A DNA stretch of 62,876 nt, the filler included, from Choristocarpus tenellus KU-1152 (taxonomy: Eukaryota; Protista; Phaeophyceae), in NCBI GenBank assembly GCA_964200185.2. It is 14 parts of 14 records of this genome, joined end to end, with 100 filler letters (N's around TTAATTAATTAA, not from the genome) between each part and the next. Parts side by side here need not be neighbours in the genome. Positions count along the whole stretch, not along the records: positions 25,498 to 31,792 come from CAXNAD020008460.1; positions 31,893 to 36,659 come from CAXNAD020013138.1; positions 36,760 to 44,782 come from CAXNAD020005260.1; 11 more parts are not named here. One strand, 5' to 3'. Below the pieces are notes generated by a model, which was not told the origin of the DNA, made no database searches, and worked only from the letters and a program-made list of their open reading frames with translations. The position numbers and the translations under genes were made by a program. Below, piece by piece: positions 26,850-39,710 of this stretch (position 1 is its first letter; every line of letters starts with the position of its first letter).

Positions 26850-27862
26850 GTGCATGCAGCACAACTACTGGCCAGCAACGCCCTGAGGGGTGTGTGTGAC
26901 GATGCATGAAAGCGGAGAATTTATGACCACTGCTGACCATGTAAATCAAGACCAGGATGGCATGACACAGGTGGGTGCTGAGGTTACAGCCCCACTGTGG
27001 ATACCTGATGATGAGGCAAAGGATCTGCAGACATACCTGATGGTGTTTGCACACATTGGGTGAAGCTGGATATCGTAGCAGGGCAGCAATGGTGCAGTGA
27101 CTGAACGGGTATTGCATTTGGTCTACAATGGAGGCCGACCTGACCACGGAACAAAGCAAACATTCTAGTATATGCAGAACCAGGGGGGATTTGATATATT
27201 TTTGATATTCTGGCAGTGCACAGGGTAGAATGGTATGAATACCAGGTTTTGGTGGATTTGTTACAGGCGAATAGCGCGAGTATTTCTTTCCGCGCTTTAA
27301 CCGGCGCGAGCAGTATACGCGCGTGGGGAACCCCTAAAGGGGGAACTCTGATTTGCTAAAAGTTGCAGAATAACCTGTAACTTGGGTAGTTGCAGAGGGT
27401 CACGGATGGATAGTCGGAAAGGGTTCTCAGATATGTACCAGTATTTTGTAAACCCGAATAAACCCCGAACGGTAAATGATGACTACAGTTCCTAAAAGCG
27501 GCTCAAATCGGCTCAGTTCTTCTGACCTAAAAAGACCCCACACAAAGCTCACTCTCTTTATCTGATACAAAACATTATATACATTTCTTACACTGTTTGA
27601 TTCATTTGAGAGTACCCCTGCTCTGCTGAGCTGACGTTCGATAATCTTTGAATTGGACTTGACTTGTACATCCTGGGAAGGTGAGCATTGAGGGGCGCCT
27701 GTAACAGATTGGTCGGGGTTTAGCGAGGACAAGAGAACATGGGAACCACTCTCTTCCATTTTAGAGGATGCCCCTGTCTTTCTATGCAAACAGTTGAAGA
27801 AGTTGAAGTTGCTTGCTCAAGTGCACAATGCGATTAGGCGGCAGTACAAGATTGACATTTGA
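26850..27862 (+). pseudogene. Decayed Ty3/Gypsy chromovirus pol: integrase zinc-finger segment and C-terminal chromodomain, interrupted by a solo LTR
   Basis: LWIPDDEAKDLQTYLMVFAHIG/EAGYRSRAAMVQ*LNGYCIWSTMEAD (HHCC region, frameshifted). Then YQVLVD|WSGFSEDKRTWEPLSSILEDAPVFL...YKIDI* (chromodomain). Confidence 0.85.
27259..27706. mobile_element. Solo LTR (448 bp) with 4-bp TSD GATT
   Basis: Perfect 11-bp terminal inverted repeat TGTTACAGGCG/CGCCTGTAACA. GATT on both sides. Removing it restores the chromodomain frame. Confidence 0.88.
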
Positions 27863-27935
27863 GTTGGATATTGTATGCTGTTCTTTGTCGAGCTGGCAGT
27901 TTTGCTACTATTGGTAGCATGCTTGGCTCTGGGGG

Positions 27936-28360
27936 TGTTGTAGACACAGCATGAAGGATTTTTCTAACATAGCAGTGGCGTTTGTATTGTTTGATGTTTG
28001 GAGCATATTTGATCCTCGACAGAACCTATGCTCACACCTTAAATAACAGAGATGTGAGCCCTAACCTGGGGTGGAGTCCTTTCGAGCCATAATAGATCAA
28101 TTACTGTGGTTGAACTGTCTGTATGTACCACCCTGTCTCTCCCATTACCTCAAAAGATGGGAAAGATACAAACAAGCAAGGTGGAAAGTTTTTTTTTTGA
28201 GGGAGTCCTTAAGTCCACTCCAACAAAAGAAGATTCAAGGGATGTGGTGCGATGCCTGTTTGGATGCCTAAACCCAATGTATGAGAAGAAACAAGGCTCG
28301 ATATGAGGCAGTACAACCAGTCGTAGTACATACAGCATATGGTTCTACGATCACAACAAC
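27936..28360 (+). mobile_element. Possible 3' LTR of the chromovirus relic (right end uncertain)
   Basis: G-tract then TGTTGTAG about 75 bp after the pol stop. Candidate CACAACA end near 28357. Confidence 0.35.
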
Positions 28361-28970
28361 AGGCAGTAGTATGAGAATATTATTGAGTAGTGGAGTGTGG
28401 AGTGAGTGTCTCTGCCCACAACAGGACGATCAAGGTACTCTCCACAGTAAAGTTGAAGGATTGTGAAGCACTGCCCCTGACATGAATATGCGGACTACAT
28501 GGGGGGAAAAAAATATCCTATTTTGCTAATTAGTATTTTGCAAATATTGTCATGGAGGAACAAGAAGAAACACGCGCGCGCAGAGCATCAAGGCACTATG
28601 TATTGATGTATTTTTGGCGCCGATATTTTCAAGAACCTACTTGCAAAAGCGATACGGACATTTGGCAACCCTCTGTATGAATGTTCGATTGGTGAAATCA
28701 CTTAAATTTGAGGTGTTTCCATGAGATGCTAACCCATGCTTGGCGTTCGATGAAATAGAGGTAGCCAGCATTGCTCTGAATGAGTGTTGTTAACATTATT
28801 GAAAAATGCTTTAGATATATATATATTATATATATATATATATATATATTTCGAGGTAGCTTGTGTATATGTGTACCAACCCTTAAGCTCTTTTGAACAG
28901 TGTGCTCCACACAACAATAATTATCACAGACAGGTATAAATGATGGTATGCGTCATTGTTCCAGGGTAGG

Positions 28971-30697
28971 TCAAAAGGTTTCAACAAAATCAACTGTGGT
29001 GTCATTGAGTACGCTTTCTGGTCGCCCATGCTTAGTACAAACAACTTTTAGCTCTGTTCCACCAAAAGTAAGACACACATCAACACTTCGGTCCTGCTCT
29101 CGGGATGATCTGTCCAGTGAGACGCGGATGATGCCAATTGTCTTCATCAAAGACTCATCGAAATCAAGGAGATAAGGATCTTCGATCATGTGAGTTGCAA
29201 CGATGTCAACCTCAATGTATTCCCAGCTCGCACTCAGGGGATGCACAGTGCAGGTTCTTGTATCTCCATGGGCAAGGTTTGACCCCTTCAATACAAATGT
29301 CTCAAAACATTTGCAGCACACGAGTCCCGTCACTGAGTGCTGTAGCTGGTCGATTTTGATGTTCAGGATTGTTCTTGTTGTACAACACATTGGTCTTCAT
29401 GCCGTATGTAAGCCGGGCCTTGCGGATGAAACCATCATCCTGCAAACCAAACTTCACAGCACCTCGAACCTGATGGCAGACGGGATAGAATTAGGGGGGG
29501 CTTGCTGTACCGTTCACATCATTCTTACTATGTAGGTATATTGGATGAAGTTTGTGCCACAGCCCGACGCTGATAAGTGACCCAAAGTATCTGGGAGGGG
29601 GGAGGGGGTCTGCCCCAGGGTGTCCATTTGGGTCATAACCAGGAAAAGTGCACTTACATCATCCGACGTATGCAATCAAATAATCAAAAAATCATAATAT
29701 GAAAAAAATGTCCCCAAATGGACAGCCGCCACCCCCTCTAAGATACTTTGAGTTAGTACATAAAGAGGCGTTCATAATGTCAAGCAGCACCAAATATTAT
29801 CAAGGTTGAGACATCGCCCTTCATTTCCCTGCACAAAACATACGGGAGGCAAAAGCAACCCATGCTCAATATTTCTTCTGGGTAACTTACAATTGCGATT
29901 CCTGGACGGTCATCAATGAACACGCGGTGCCCTTCAGTGCACCTATCTCCTGATGCTTCTGGCTGGTCGAACTCTCTCCTTATTTCTTCTTGGAGCAAAG
30001 GGGAAGACGAGAACCCTCCAACCATGTAAATGTATTTCACGCCGTCCAGTGTGGGCAGCATTAACAGTCTTGTCACCTCACCCAAAATATTTCTGATGGA
30101 AGGACTGAAGAATGCTTCCACCACTCTTGGTGGAATAATTAGTTGCGAGTTTTGCATTTTCAAGTGCTGCGCAAACAGGGTGAGATAAATCACAGGTCGT
30201 AATTTAGATATTTCAGTAAAAACGAAATGTATTATTCAGGGTTGTGGCAACTGCAGTATTTGAACCTGTTGCATCTATCTCCCTATAAGACTCAACAATA
30301 ATATCTAATACTGCTTGCAGGTCGAGCCACATGGCGCTATTGCTCAATCGGGGATAGCTGACTGGTCAATATCGGAATCACTCAATGGTCCAATCACTTA
30401 ATATATAACAAGAGCAACGTACGGGAAGCTTGTAGCCATCCCTGCTTTATTCCAGTGAGGTTATTCCGTTCCACCTCTTCTCACCTCTGCTGGTTCCCTA
30501 GTGGTATTATACTCTTTCAGAAGTGGCACCATGTCAGTCCGTTCAAGCTCCAGCAGCTCCATTACCTCATAGATTGCTACCCAAGCACCCTTGCTACCCC
30601 TTGAATACTGCGTTTTTTGATGCTCCCATCGGAGCATGACTGTATGGAAACTAGCTTTGTCTAGGACATCCTCCTGCCACATATCGTCGAACAGATC
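28971..30697 (-). CDS. HSPA12-like atypical Hsp70, 3' exons (30697-30485, 30166-29891, 29469-28971), with a frameshift near 29311
   Basis: YIYMVGGFSSSPLLQEEIRREF ... PGIAI|VRGAVKFG ... RKARLTYG ... FETFV ... LTFGGTELKV are HSPA12-type signatures. Splice sites are canonical. Confidence 0.85.
29579..29754 (+). mobile_element. MITE family A, full copy in an HSPA12-like intron
   Basis: GACCCAAAGTATCT ... AGATACTTTGAGTT, TSD AGT/AGT. Confidence 0.92.
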
Positions 30698-31157
30698 CTG
30701 TTGCATATGCATTCAAAATTAAGTCAACACAAACTAAGTTAGTTTTGTTCAAGTAGTTTGAGTATGAGAAAAGTTTGTGGGGTGAATATATTCAAGATTG
30801 AGGTTGGATATTTACACTGCAACAACAGCAGCAGTAGAGAGAAGGCAAATTTCCATGTAATAGTATGCATGTGCATGACCTGAAAGTAAGGGTAAGCATT
30901 AGGTCTGTATGCTAAGCGCTGCAATGTAGAATACGATTTGGTGGTGTGAAGGGAAAGGACGAAAATGCTACAAAAACACGTTCTTGAGGTGAAAAAAATC
31001 TTCTTCAACAGTTCCACCCCTAGTAGTATATACACAAGACCCAAGAGTCTGTCAAGGGAACTATTAACACAATTTGATCCGGTCAAGTTGAAATCTCACA
31101 GATGTTCACTTTTCGTATGTTCTTCAAGCTGGCTACTACTGAATGAAGTAGATATGA

Positions 31158-31336
31158 GGCTCAAAGTATTTGGGGGGGGGTGGCGACTGTTCATTTGGGG
31201 TCAATTTTTTCTTGTCGTGATTTTTGGGTGATTTGGTTGCATACGTCGCATGGATAATGTAAATACACTTTTTCTGATTTTGCACTAAATAAACACCTTG
31301 GTGAAGACCCTCCCTCCCCCCCAGATACTTTGGGTC
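31158..31336 (-). mobile_element. MITE family A, full copy in reverse orientation
   Basis: GGCTCAAAGTATTT ... AGATACTTTGGGTC, TSD TGA/TGA. Confidence 0.92.
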
Positions 31337-31892
31337 TGAACAACTTGCTTGAACACAATGCAGAAAAGTTGCCAGAAGCACTTTCCTGCGTTTAGAAAGA
31401 GTGCCATAACACCTATTGTCGTGGTTGCCATAAGAAGAAAAGGTCAAGGGAAATCAAGGCGACTGCTTCACCTTCCTACGATATCAAAAGGGAAAAGTAT
31501 CCCAACAGGAAAACTGGGATGACACTACTTCTTCTACTACTCTTAATACCATAACTACCATTGCCAAAGATATCAGATGCCCAGTAAACGGGTATCACGC
31601 CATTCAAACTCCAATTGATATGCTTGAGGGTTGCACGCCTGCTAGGAATACCTTTGCACATATTAAACATGCAGTTAGGAAACCAACCATTGACACTACT
31701 GGTAGACCTTTATACTAGAGCTCTACTATTGTTCTTGTGTGCGAAATAAGGTTGTCAGACAAAGGGTCAAAGTAACTGGGTGGGTGGGGGGGNNNNNNNN
31801 NNNNNNNNNNNNNNNNNNNNNNNNNNNNNNNNNNNNTTAATTAATTAANNNNNNNNNNNNNNNNNNNNNNNNNNNNNNNNNNNNNNNNNNNN

Positions 31893-32004
31893 GTTTTTGT
31901 TGTATTTGGTGGGTGGGAAATGTAAGTGCTCTTTTCCTGTTTTTGGACCAAATGGGCACCCTGTTTTTGGCCCCCCCCCCCCCCCCCCCCAGATACTTTG
32001 GGTC
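31893..32004 (-). mobile_element. MITE family A partial copy at contig start (another terminus at 31764-31792)
   Basis: TTTGGACCAAATGGGCACCCTG, poly-C, AGATACTTTGGGTC. Confidence 0.8.
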
Positions 32005-32128
32005 TTTGTTTGGGGACAAAGAAAGGTAAAATGCGTCCGAGCCACTACGGAAAGAATTATGGCTAGCCTTCCTCAGCACACTACAGACATTCCTCCCCTT
32101 CCTTCAAATCCTTCATATTTATGCTCAG

Positions 32129-34724
32129 GTTTAAATACATCAAAGATTATGACAACGCAACTCATATGGAGTGCTACGTCCACCCCAGCATACCTTACCT
32201 GGAGCAGAAGGAGATGCTGAAGAAGCAGATGGACTTCCTGCTGGCCCGCATCGAGGAACAAACATCTCTCAATCGAGTGTACCCGGGTCTCACATCCAAG
32301 GGGGGCATCAAGATACTCCCACAGGATATTCCTGGTAACTTTCTTGATATTGGCCAACCTCCAACATTCTACGCCATATTCGACCTCAAGTGCAAGTAGT
32401 AGTACCTCCTACATTCTGATTGGGGAATATTTAGCAGCAATCTTACGTAATCTCTTCAAGTCTGAAGATCTATTATGTTGAGTCTGGATTTCATTCCTTC
32501 CCCTGCAGGGTAATTCCCCTATTAATTCTGATTGGGGAATATTTAGCAGCAATCTTACGTAATCTCTTCAAGTCTGAAGATCTATGATGTTGAGTCTGGA
32601 TTTCATTCCTTCCCCTGCAGGGTAATTCCCCTATTGATTCTACCAACCTACCTACGCTTACTCTGTGTTAGTACCCCCTGGTCATGCAACTCTCTCTATT
32701 GCTTATCCGAGGTATGAGCACAATAAGACTGTACTGTTCGAAGAGACTCCACATTAATTTCTTTGGCTGGTTCTTGGCCAGGCATAGCACTACCTGCAAT
32801 CTCTGCTCCCGCTTCATATGCAGGGATGCCAATGCTGTGTTGTGAAAATATTGATAGGAAATTTTTGCTACCATAGCATGCAGTGGTGGCATCAATATAA
32901 CAGGCTCACTCCATATTACAACCTTGTTGCACCAGACAGTCTCTGTCTCCTTGCTGCCGAAACTATTCTCTGTGTCAAGAGTACACTTCATCTCCACCTC
33001 CACCGTGAATGGTGCTGTCCTGTCCAACAATTGGTTTTATGACAAGTCGGGAGAGTAACAGAAAGCCTCTCAATCCACAGTCCAGCTGCATTTTCTTGTT
33101 GCTGCACTCTCAATTGTGACTCTCATACATGCCCAATACTTGGACTATATCCTATGCACAGTAATAGAGTTTTTTTTTCTTCAGTAGCCTGCCTTTATTC
33201 TTCTCGTTGATGGAGGATGTGCATGCATTTTCCTGGACACTTTTGGAGTTCAACAGTGTCGTAACAGCTTCAGAGTCCTTTTCTTCTAGCCATCTAGCAC
33301 TAGAGGCTTGATGAAAAGTTGTCAACTGTGGAAATACAAGAACTCATTGGCATGGCTCCTGCCTTTTCCCACTCCCCCACCTCCATCTACATTGCCTACC
33401 CTCCCTTCAAGGCAGGTGTTTTGGAGGCCGGATGGACACAGGAACAGATAGTAATGCAAACTCACAACAGTGGCATCAAGGATGAGGTGGAGCTGAACAT
33501 TGAACTCGTGGCAATCTGGCGGAAAGTGGAAGGAAATATGGACGCCTGGCCATTCCGGGCTCCAGTGGATGCTGATAAAGTGAATGACTACCTGAAGATC
33601 ATCCCTGACCCAATAGGTGAACGCCTAACGTCGAAGATGGGCTATTGGTGGGTAGCTAAGGAGTAAGCATAAAGGTGCTGGGAAAATATGCTTGATACAA
33701 GGTTCAGACTGGACAGCTTTGTGACATTGATTTGGATTTCATCAACTCTGAAGAGTGTGCCTTTTCAATAAAACAACGATTGGTTTATCACATATATGGT
33801 GTGCCTTGGACCAGGCTCTATCCCCTATTCCTCTTCTCTGCTCATGCTGCTCAAAATGTGTCCGATCTTTACAGGAGTGTCGTTAATGGTAGAAAAGTCG
33901 TTCAGTCCTTACCCCCCTCAGCTAGGGTCACGTGACTGTCAGAAGTTAAAAGATCACCCAAGAGAAAAACACTTAACCTGGTGTAAGTCACTTCTCTGTA
34001 GTAACTGTAAACTTTCACCCTTTTCTCATTAATCTGAACGACTATTTATTGTGTATTGTGTTTTCCCCCTAATTGTCTTCAGTTATGATATATGCTGCAA
34101 CTTTCAGCTGCTTCTTTCTAGTTTCACACTATGCACATCTCAGCAACCCAACGTGGACTCATTATCATTTGCTCCCCCCATCAATGCCCTCCAGGAACCG
34201 CTGCTGCTACTTTGGAAAGTATTGAGAGTGCATATTGTTTCGGTGTGCAAATGTAGGAACACTCAGAAGAAGTAGACTGCACCATTTTATTGTAATAATC
34301 TGGAGTACTTCAGAGATGTATGCATTCGTTTGCGTACCATGCAGACACGTTCTTATACTTTTTGAGCGTACTTCAGAGCAATACATATTTGACCCTACAT
34401 TCACTGTGATATATATACCTACCTACCAGTCACCAAGCCCAATCCACTCTCTCCAAAACCCTGTGTTTTCAAGACCTTGGTACAATCAAGGAGAGGCTGG
34501 ATGCAAAGGACCCTCCTTTCTACAAGTCAAAGGCCATGCTGAAGTCAGATTTGATGCTCATGCTGTCCAACTGCCAAAAGTACAACCACGCAAACACTGA
34601 ATACTACAAGTGCTCAGTAAAGCTGGCCTTATTAGTAGATCAACTCTTCGCTCCTGACCATGCCAACCAACTTCATGCAGAGGATCCGTCTCCAGTCTGC
34701 GCAGCTGGGCTTACAACACATTGA
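32129..34724 (+). CDS. GCN5: GCN5 histone acetyltransferase, 3' exons (32129-32334, 33416-33616, 34474-34724)
   Basis: YIKDYDNATHMEC (end of GNAT domain), RVYPGL, DIPG|VLEAGW. Bromodomain DAWPFRAPVD..V.DYLKIIPDPI|DLGTIKERL...NCQKYN..NTEYYKC. Intron phases are consistent. Confidence 0.95.
32413..32636. repeat. Near-perfect tandem duplication (about 112 bp x 2) in a GCN5 intron
   Basis: ATTCTGATTGGGGAATATTTAGCAGC...GGTAATTCCCCTATT occurs twice. Confidence 0.95.
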
Positions 34725-36392
34725 ATTGTAAGTCTTCCTAGACGATTCTCCCTACATGTGACACAAACACAGCCAGGACAAGAATTTCCCCTGGAGTGAG
34801 GATCTGTACATGTAATCTGTAGTTCATGTTATTTCCTCATGCAAGGGGGGGCTCAACTTGTACAGGTTTAGCCCAATCGTTTAGGAAGGTTGGCGGGTGT
34901 TGAATGGGGTGGTAGTTGACCCTTCTCCCTCTTCGTCCTACCAGTATCTTGCAGAGCAGCACTAGTGTATAAGGGGAGGGTCCTTCATTTCTTTCTCCAT
35001 GTCCTCCACATTCATTTTCACATGTCTAATCATACAAATACAGTAAGGGACTGGGTGAGCGGGGCACAAGTTGTGTTCCACGGATAGTTGCTGGAATCAG
35101 CGTAAAAGTTTCGGGAGGAACGAAAAATGGTCCGCACTATTTCTGTACTGTAGTTAATGTAGTATATTTGTATATATGATTAATACAGATGTTCTCCCGC
35201 CTAGAGTAGGTTCCTTCTAGGTTTTCCAAGGATAGAGGAGGGTATGAGGGAATGAATCAGAGTCTTGCTGCTTCTGGTCTTCTGTACATGTTTCGATATT
35301 CGTAGCATCCATTGGACCTATGAAATTCTTCACCCCATTCTCAACGTCTTGTGCAGGACACTAGGCATGGGGAGATGATACTGTTTTTGCAAGGGGTCTT
35401 GAGCCCGCAAATGCAGTATGGCAAGAGTTTGCTATTCATGGTGTCAACCAATGTCATATTGCATCGTATGATGTATGTGTAGAAGGAAGCCTCTATATTG
35501 TTGCCTGTATTGTCTACTTGTGTAGGACAAATTGTACTTGTTTGGGTGTATCTATCTTATGTACCAAGTGCGCTTTGTCTGTTGGGATAAAAAAAGACAT
35601 TGAACTACATTTGTTTATATCCACCACTTCCGTTAGTCACTCATTCCACCTCAGCATAGATGAGGATTCCTCCTGATTACTCGGAGAAGAGAACAATGTC
35701 CAATGTGTAATTGTGTTACCACTTACCCTTTCATCGTGATTGTGGAGAACATGAGGAATGTCTATGTTTGGAATACATTACTGTTCAACATGATGTCACA
35801 GATATTCTGAAGGCCAAGGTAGATATAGAAACTGAAAACCAAGAGAGCAAGAAATAGTAGTACCCGCTCTATTTTCCACAAAAAAACTAGTACAAAAGAA
35901 AAAATCACACAGAAACTTAATGTGTGGTTACAGTACAGTGTGCTTGGTTCAAAATAGTGGCGACAACAGCCCAAAACGGCACAGAACGATGACTGACAAG
36001 GCGAGGACAATTACTACGTGATGATATGTCACATCCGACACGGAATGCTTGAAAACAATGTCATGTTGCTTGCCGCAATAATGTCCTAATGGGAACAAAC
36101 CTTGACTTGATGCCACTATAATCAACAGCAAACATAGTAGTAGTGGGTGGAGGGAAGATCGCCACCATGGTGCAGATGAAGGGAACACCCTATAGAACAT
36201 AGAAAGTCTCTTTATGCAATTCCAACCCTAGTCAGCCAGAAGCTCAAACTCTCTTCTCACAATGTACAGAACACATGTATTTCCAACTAGTATGAAATAT
36301 TCGGCGACGCTATCACCTATTTCAGTGTAGTCAATTAAACATCATCAAGGAAATTGAATGAAAACACAAGACATCTTTCTCATTCCAGTGTA

Positions 36393-36659
36393 CTATGTAG
36401 CAAGACTAAGCAGAGAGCCCCGATCAATAACCGCCTCTGATAGTTCCCAGGCTCCATCTGAGTCACCTCCCACAATCTTTAGCACTTGGCAATGAAGCTT
36501 GTGAAGGGAGGAGCGGTGCCCAACTGACACGACAGTCACACCTATAGCCTCAAGGGCAACATAGACTTCTTGTTCAGCTTCTTCGGTGAGTGCAGATGTG
36601 CTCTCGTCAAGGAAGGCAAGGAAGGGGCGGTGGAAGAGCACACGAGCCAAACCAATGCG
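36393..36659 (-). CDS. ABC transporter D-family-like NBD, terminal exon
   Basis: RIGLARVLFHRPFLAFLDESTSAL (Walker B/D-loop) and VVSVGHRSSL (H-loop typical of ABCD). Confidence 0.9.
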   Translation of the reverse strand, partial: RIGLARVLFHRPFLAFLDESTSALTEEAEQEVYVALEAIGVTVVSVGHRSSLHKLHCQVLKIVGGDSDGAWELSEAVIDRGSLLSLAT

Positions 36660-38915
36660 NNNNNNNNNNNNNNNNNNNNNNNNNNNNNNNNNNNNNNNNN
36701 NNNTTAATTAATTAANNNNNNNNNNNNNNNNNNNNNNNNNNNNNNNNNNNNNNNNNNNNGGTGCTTTTGTCTAACAACATGACAGCAGCTAATCTTCCCC
36801 TGCATCCACACTCTCCTAACGCGGGGGGGTGGGGTTAACTGTACAGAAGGCACAGCTGGGGTATATTTTGTGCAATGTTCAGAAACGCCTGAAAACTTGA
36901 AGGGACTGAAATCAATCCCCTCGTAGACGGCTCCACTCAAATACGCTTCACAATTTTGTTTCCTGTTTTTTTTCTTTTTTTACAAAGTATCGGAAAGTGG
37001 AAAATCAAACGTTTGACCCATAAGGACGACTATAAAATGCTCGGGATAATTTGGTGCCATCGCCTCTGGAACCTAACCTTTCAACAAACAAACAAAAAAG
37101 TAAAGCCAACGATAAGAGCACTGAAAATTTCAATCAATAAAAAAAAATTGAGAAAAGCACTCTGCCGGGGTGCCGACATGGGGTCATAAGAGAACGTGAT
37201 CTTCTTCAAAAGAAAGATCTGGTGGACGGGGTGTGAGCAAGGGAAAAGGCAGCAAGTTGGAGAAAAATAAATGAGAGCACTTTTTTCATTCATTTTTTTT
37301 TTTCACTCTTAGCACTGACCTTTTCTGGATTACGTAGTCATGACCAAAGTAATACTTTTTTTACCAATGGACCTAAGCCTACCCAGGTCTGGAAACCCAG
37401 GGGAATTAGGAACGCAGGGATGTATAGTAGTGAGACTGAGAGGACATGTACAGCATAATCCTTCGAGTCGAAGTAAACTAGAGGCACCCTGTTTTTGTCC
37501 ATTTTTTTGCATTTTAAGTCTGTTCTTCAATCTTTTGTGATTCACCCATATTTTGTATTTAGGTGTGGATGAAGTTTTAGTTTGACTTGAGAGCTCTTAT
37601 TTCTCGGTTGTTTTGAAATATTCCGACACAATTCCGAAATTGTTCTGTACAGATTGGCAAAAAAAAACAAATTTTATACTTTTTTTTGTCAGCATCGTTT
37701 AGAATGCAACTCTGGGTAACCTCTCGTTTGCATTGACTCTGACACTTATTTTCATCTCTCTTTGGTGATAAATAGGTCATTTCGGGGGTTTTGCTGGTCT
37801 ATTAATGTAGCAGATGGCCAAGTAAGTCAAGCAAATACCTCCCTTCCATAAACTCAAAGTGCATATCATGATTGATGTGCATGCACATTGCCTGCTTCCA
37901 TGCAAAATGGTGAGTGGTGAGTGATGTAGGACTGCCAGTGCAGCGTACATCACAGCCCCAGCAACTTGTGATTCCTGCCCCAAACTTCAATCCCACCGTC
38001 ATTTGCAGTGTATGTCTGCATTAAGCAGAAATTTATGTAGCATTTACATTGCTGCCAATCTCTAGCACGGGTATCCTAGTGCAGAATATTTTGGTGTGCA
38101 TGTGGGTACAGAAGTTCCCTTAGAATGACTGGAGTGTTGCTGAGCAACGTGCTGAGCGACCTTTGGGTATTACTGCAGATACAGGGTGCGTTGAACCTAG
38201 GGTGACAATAGTAGATGGTCAACAAAGCCTCCATTGGATGTTGAGGTAGCCAAAGTGGCACTTTGCTCATCAGTGATACCATAATATGCATGCCTCGTGA
38301 GGCAAACTTTACTGTCCTCCTGAGTCTTGCTGTGGCGTTTAGGAAGTCGTTTGTCCCTGGCTCTCCCTTTGGGGTCATGTAGTACTGACCAGATGGATTG
38401 GGAGGCAGAGAGACGACTAACGATATACCAGTTGGGATGCCAACATAAACCAAGCAACAAAAAGACGTTTAACATTAACTTTGCTTTGACCATCAAATTA
38501 GCAACCTTATATGTTAGCCAGGAAGGCATGGACAGAGTATATATATATATATATGAAGTAATTTTATGGTTAGGGTTAGGAATAAGTATCCCCTTGACAA
38601 AATAGCGAATATATTGGAAGATTTTTCCAGGCGGACATTCCCTCGTGTGAAGTACACCGAGACAGGGTTTTTTTGGTCACTAGGGGGTGTGCCCAAGGCT
38701 CCTGATTTGATGATATGGTGCTCTGAACTCGTTGAGGATATAATTAGAATAGTATCATAGTTACAGTTGCAGACACTTTGAGTCTACAGTGAGCAGCAAA
38801 AAAAGGCATAGAAATCGAGAAACCCAACGAGATGACTGCCTCATCTTACGGATTCTAACAAGTGTCCAGCTTTGTGGGCAAGTGAATATATATATATCAT
38901 CCTTCCCAACCACAC

Positions 38916-39710
38916 TCACCGGTCCTTGCACATGGTCTCTAGCATTTCAGGCAGTCGAAGAGCCTTCCGTTGATGCATGTCCTCCAGTGGAAGTTGTGGC
39001 ATGGCCCCCAAGTTGCATGGTGGTAGGGAAGATGGCGAGGATGGGCATTTGGCTCTCAGGATCCTGGCTGGAGATCTCCCCTGCTTTCCCACTCCCCTCA
39101 ATTTATTTCCCTGAGTTTGACTCTGTGGGCTGGCAGTTAATGGTCTGGCAACACCAACTTGTGCCAATGGGCTATCAGAACTAACCTCGAGAATCTGCTT
39201 GTCCTCTCCCATAAAGTCAGCAGGGCTTGAAGAGCTGTTGATATTCACTGCGACAGCAGTGAGAATCTTGGTAGCAGACATCGAAGTATCAATATCTTCC
39301 CTTTGCTTGAGATCTTCAGATAGGGGAATAGAACCAATCTTAGGAACTTTAGAAGGAGTTGTTGTGAAGGGTTCTGCTGCAGCAGTCGGGAATCTTCCCA
39401 TGTCCAACATTGGAAAGTCCCTAACTTGTCGTGATAGCCTATCGGAGTTAGAATCTCGCTGGCAAGGTAAATCTCTGCCACAATCAGGTTGAAGCTCACC
39501 ATTCAGATAAACCTCTACGCGTCTAAGGACATTTCCTGGTCCCTCACCCTGGTACCTCAAAGGAGGGAGTACATACGATATGTGACGGAAATCTAGGGAG
39601 GGCTTGTGATCCTCTGAGTATGGGTGCCCGAGTTTTACGAATGAACCCATCCCTATTGACTCATAGGTGGCACCTGTCCCCAGCGAATTTTCCTGCATCA
39701 GCCGAGGCAA
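38916..39710 (-). CDS. Long exon of an unknown protein (a further exon may lie near 38300-38450)
   Basis: 264-codon open frame, divergent from the EF-hand gene. No recognisable domain. Confidence 0.5.
   Translation of the reverse strand: MPRLMQENSLGTGATYESIGMGSFVKLGHPYSEDHKPSLDFRHISYVLPPLRYQGEGPGNVLRRVEVYLNGELQPDCGRDLPCQRDSNSDRLSRQVRDFPMLDMGRFPTAAAEPFTTTPSKVPKIGSIPLSEDLKQREDIDTSMSATKILTAVAVNINSSSSPADFMGEDKQILEVSSDSPLAQVGVARPLTASPQSQTQGNKLRGVGKQGRSPARILRAKCPSSPSSLPPCNLGAMPQLPLEDMHQRKALRLPEMLETMCKDR

Noticed and set aside
25739-27706. One intact LTR retrotransposon bounded by the two LTRs
   Set aside because: Outer flanks TAAC and GATT do not match, each LTR has its own TSD, and the pol frame continues beyond the second LTR.
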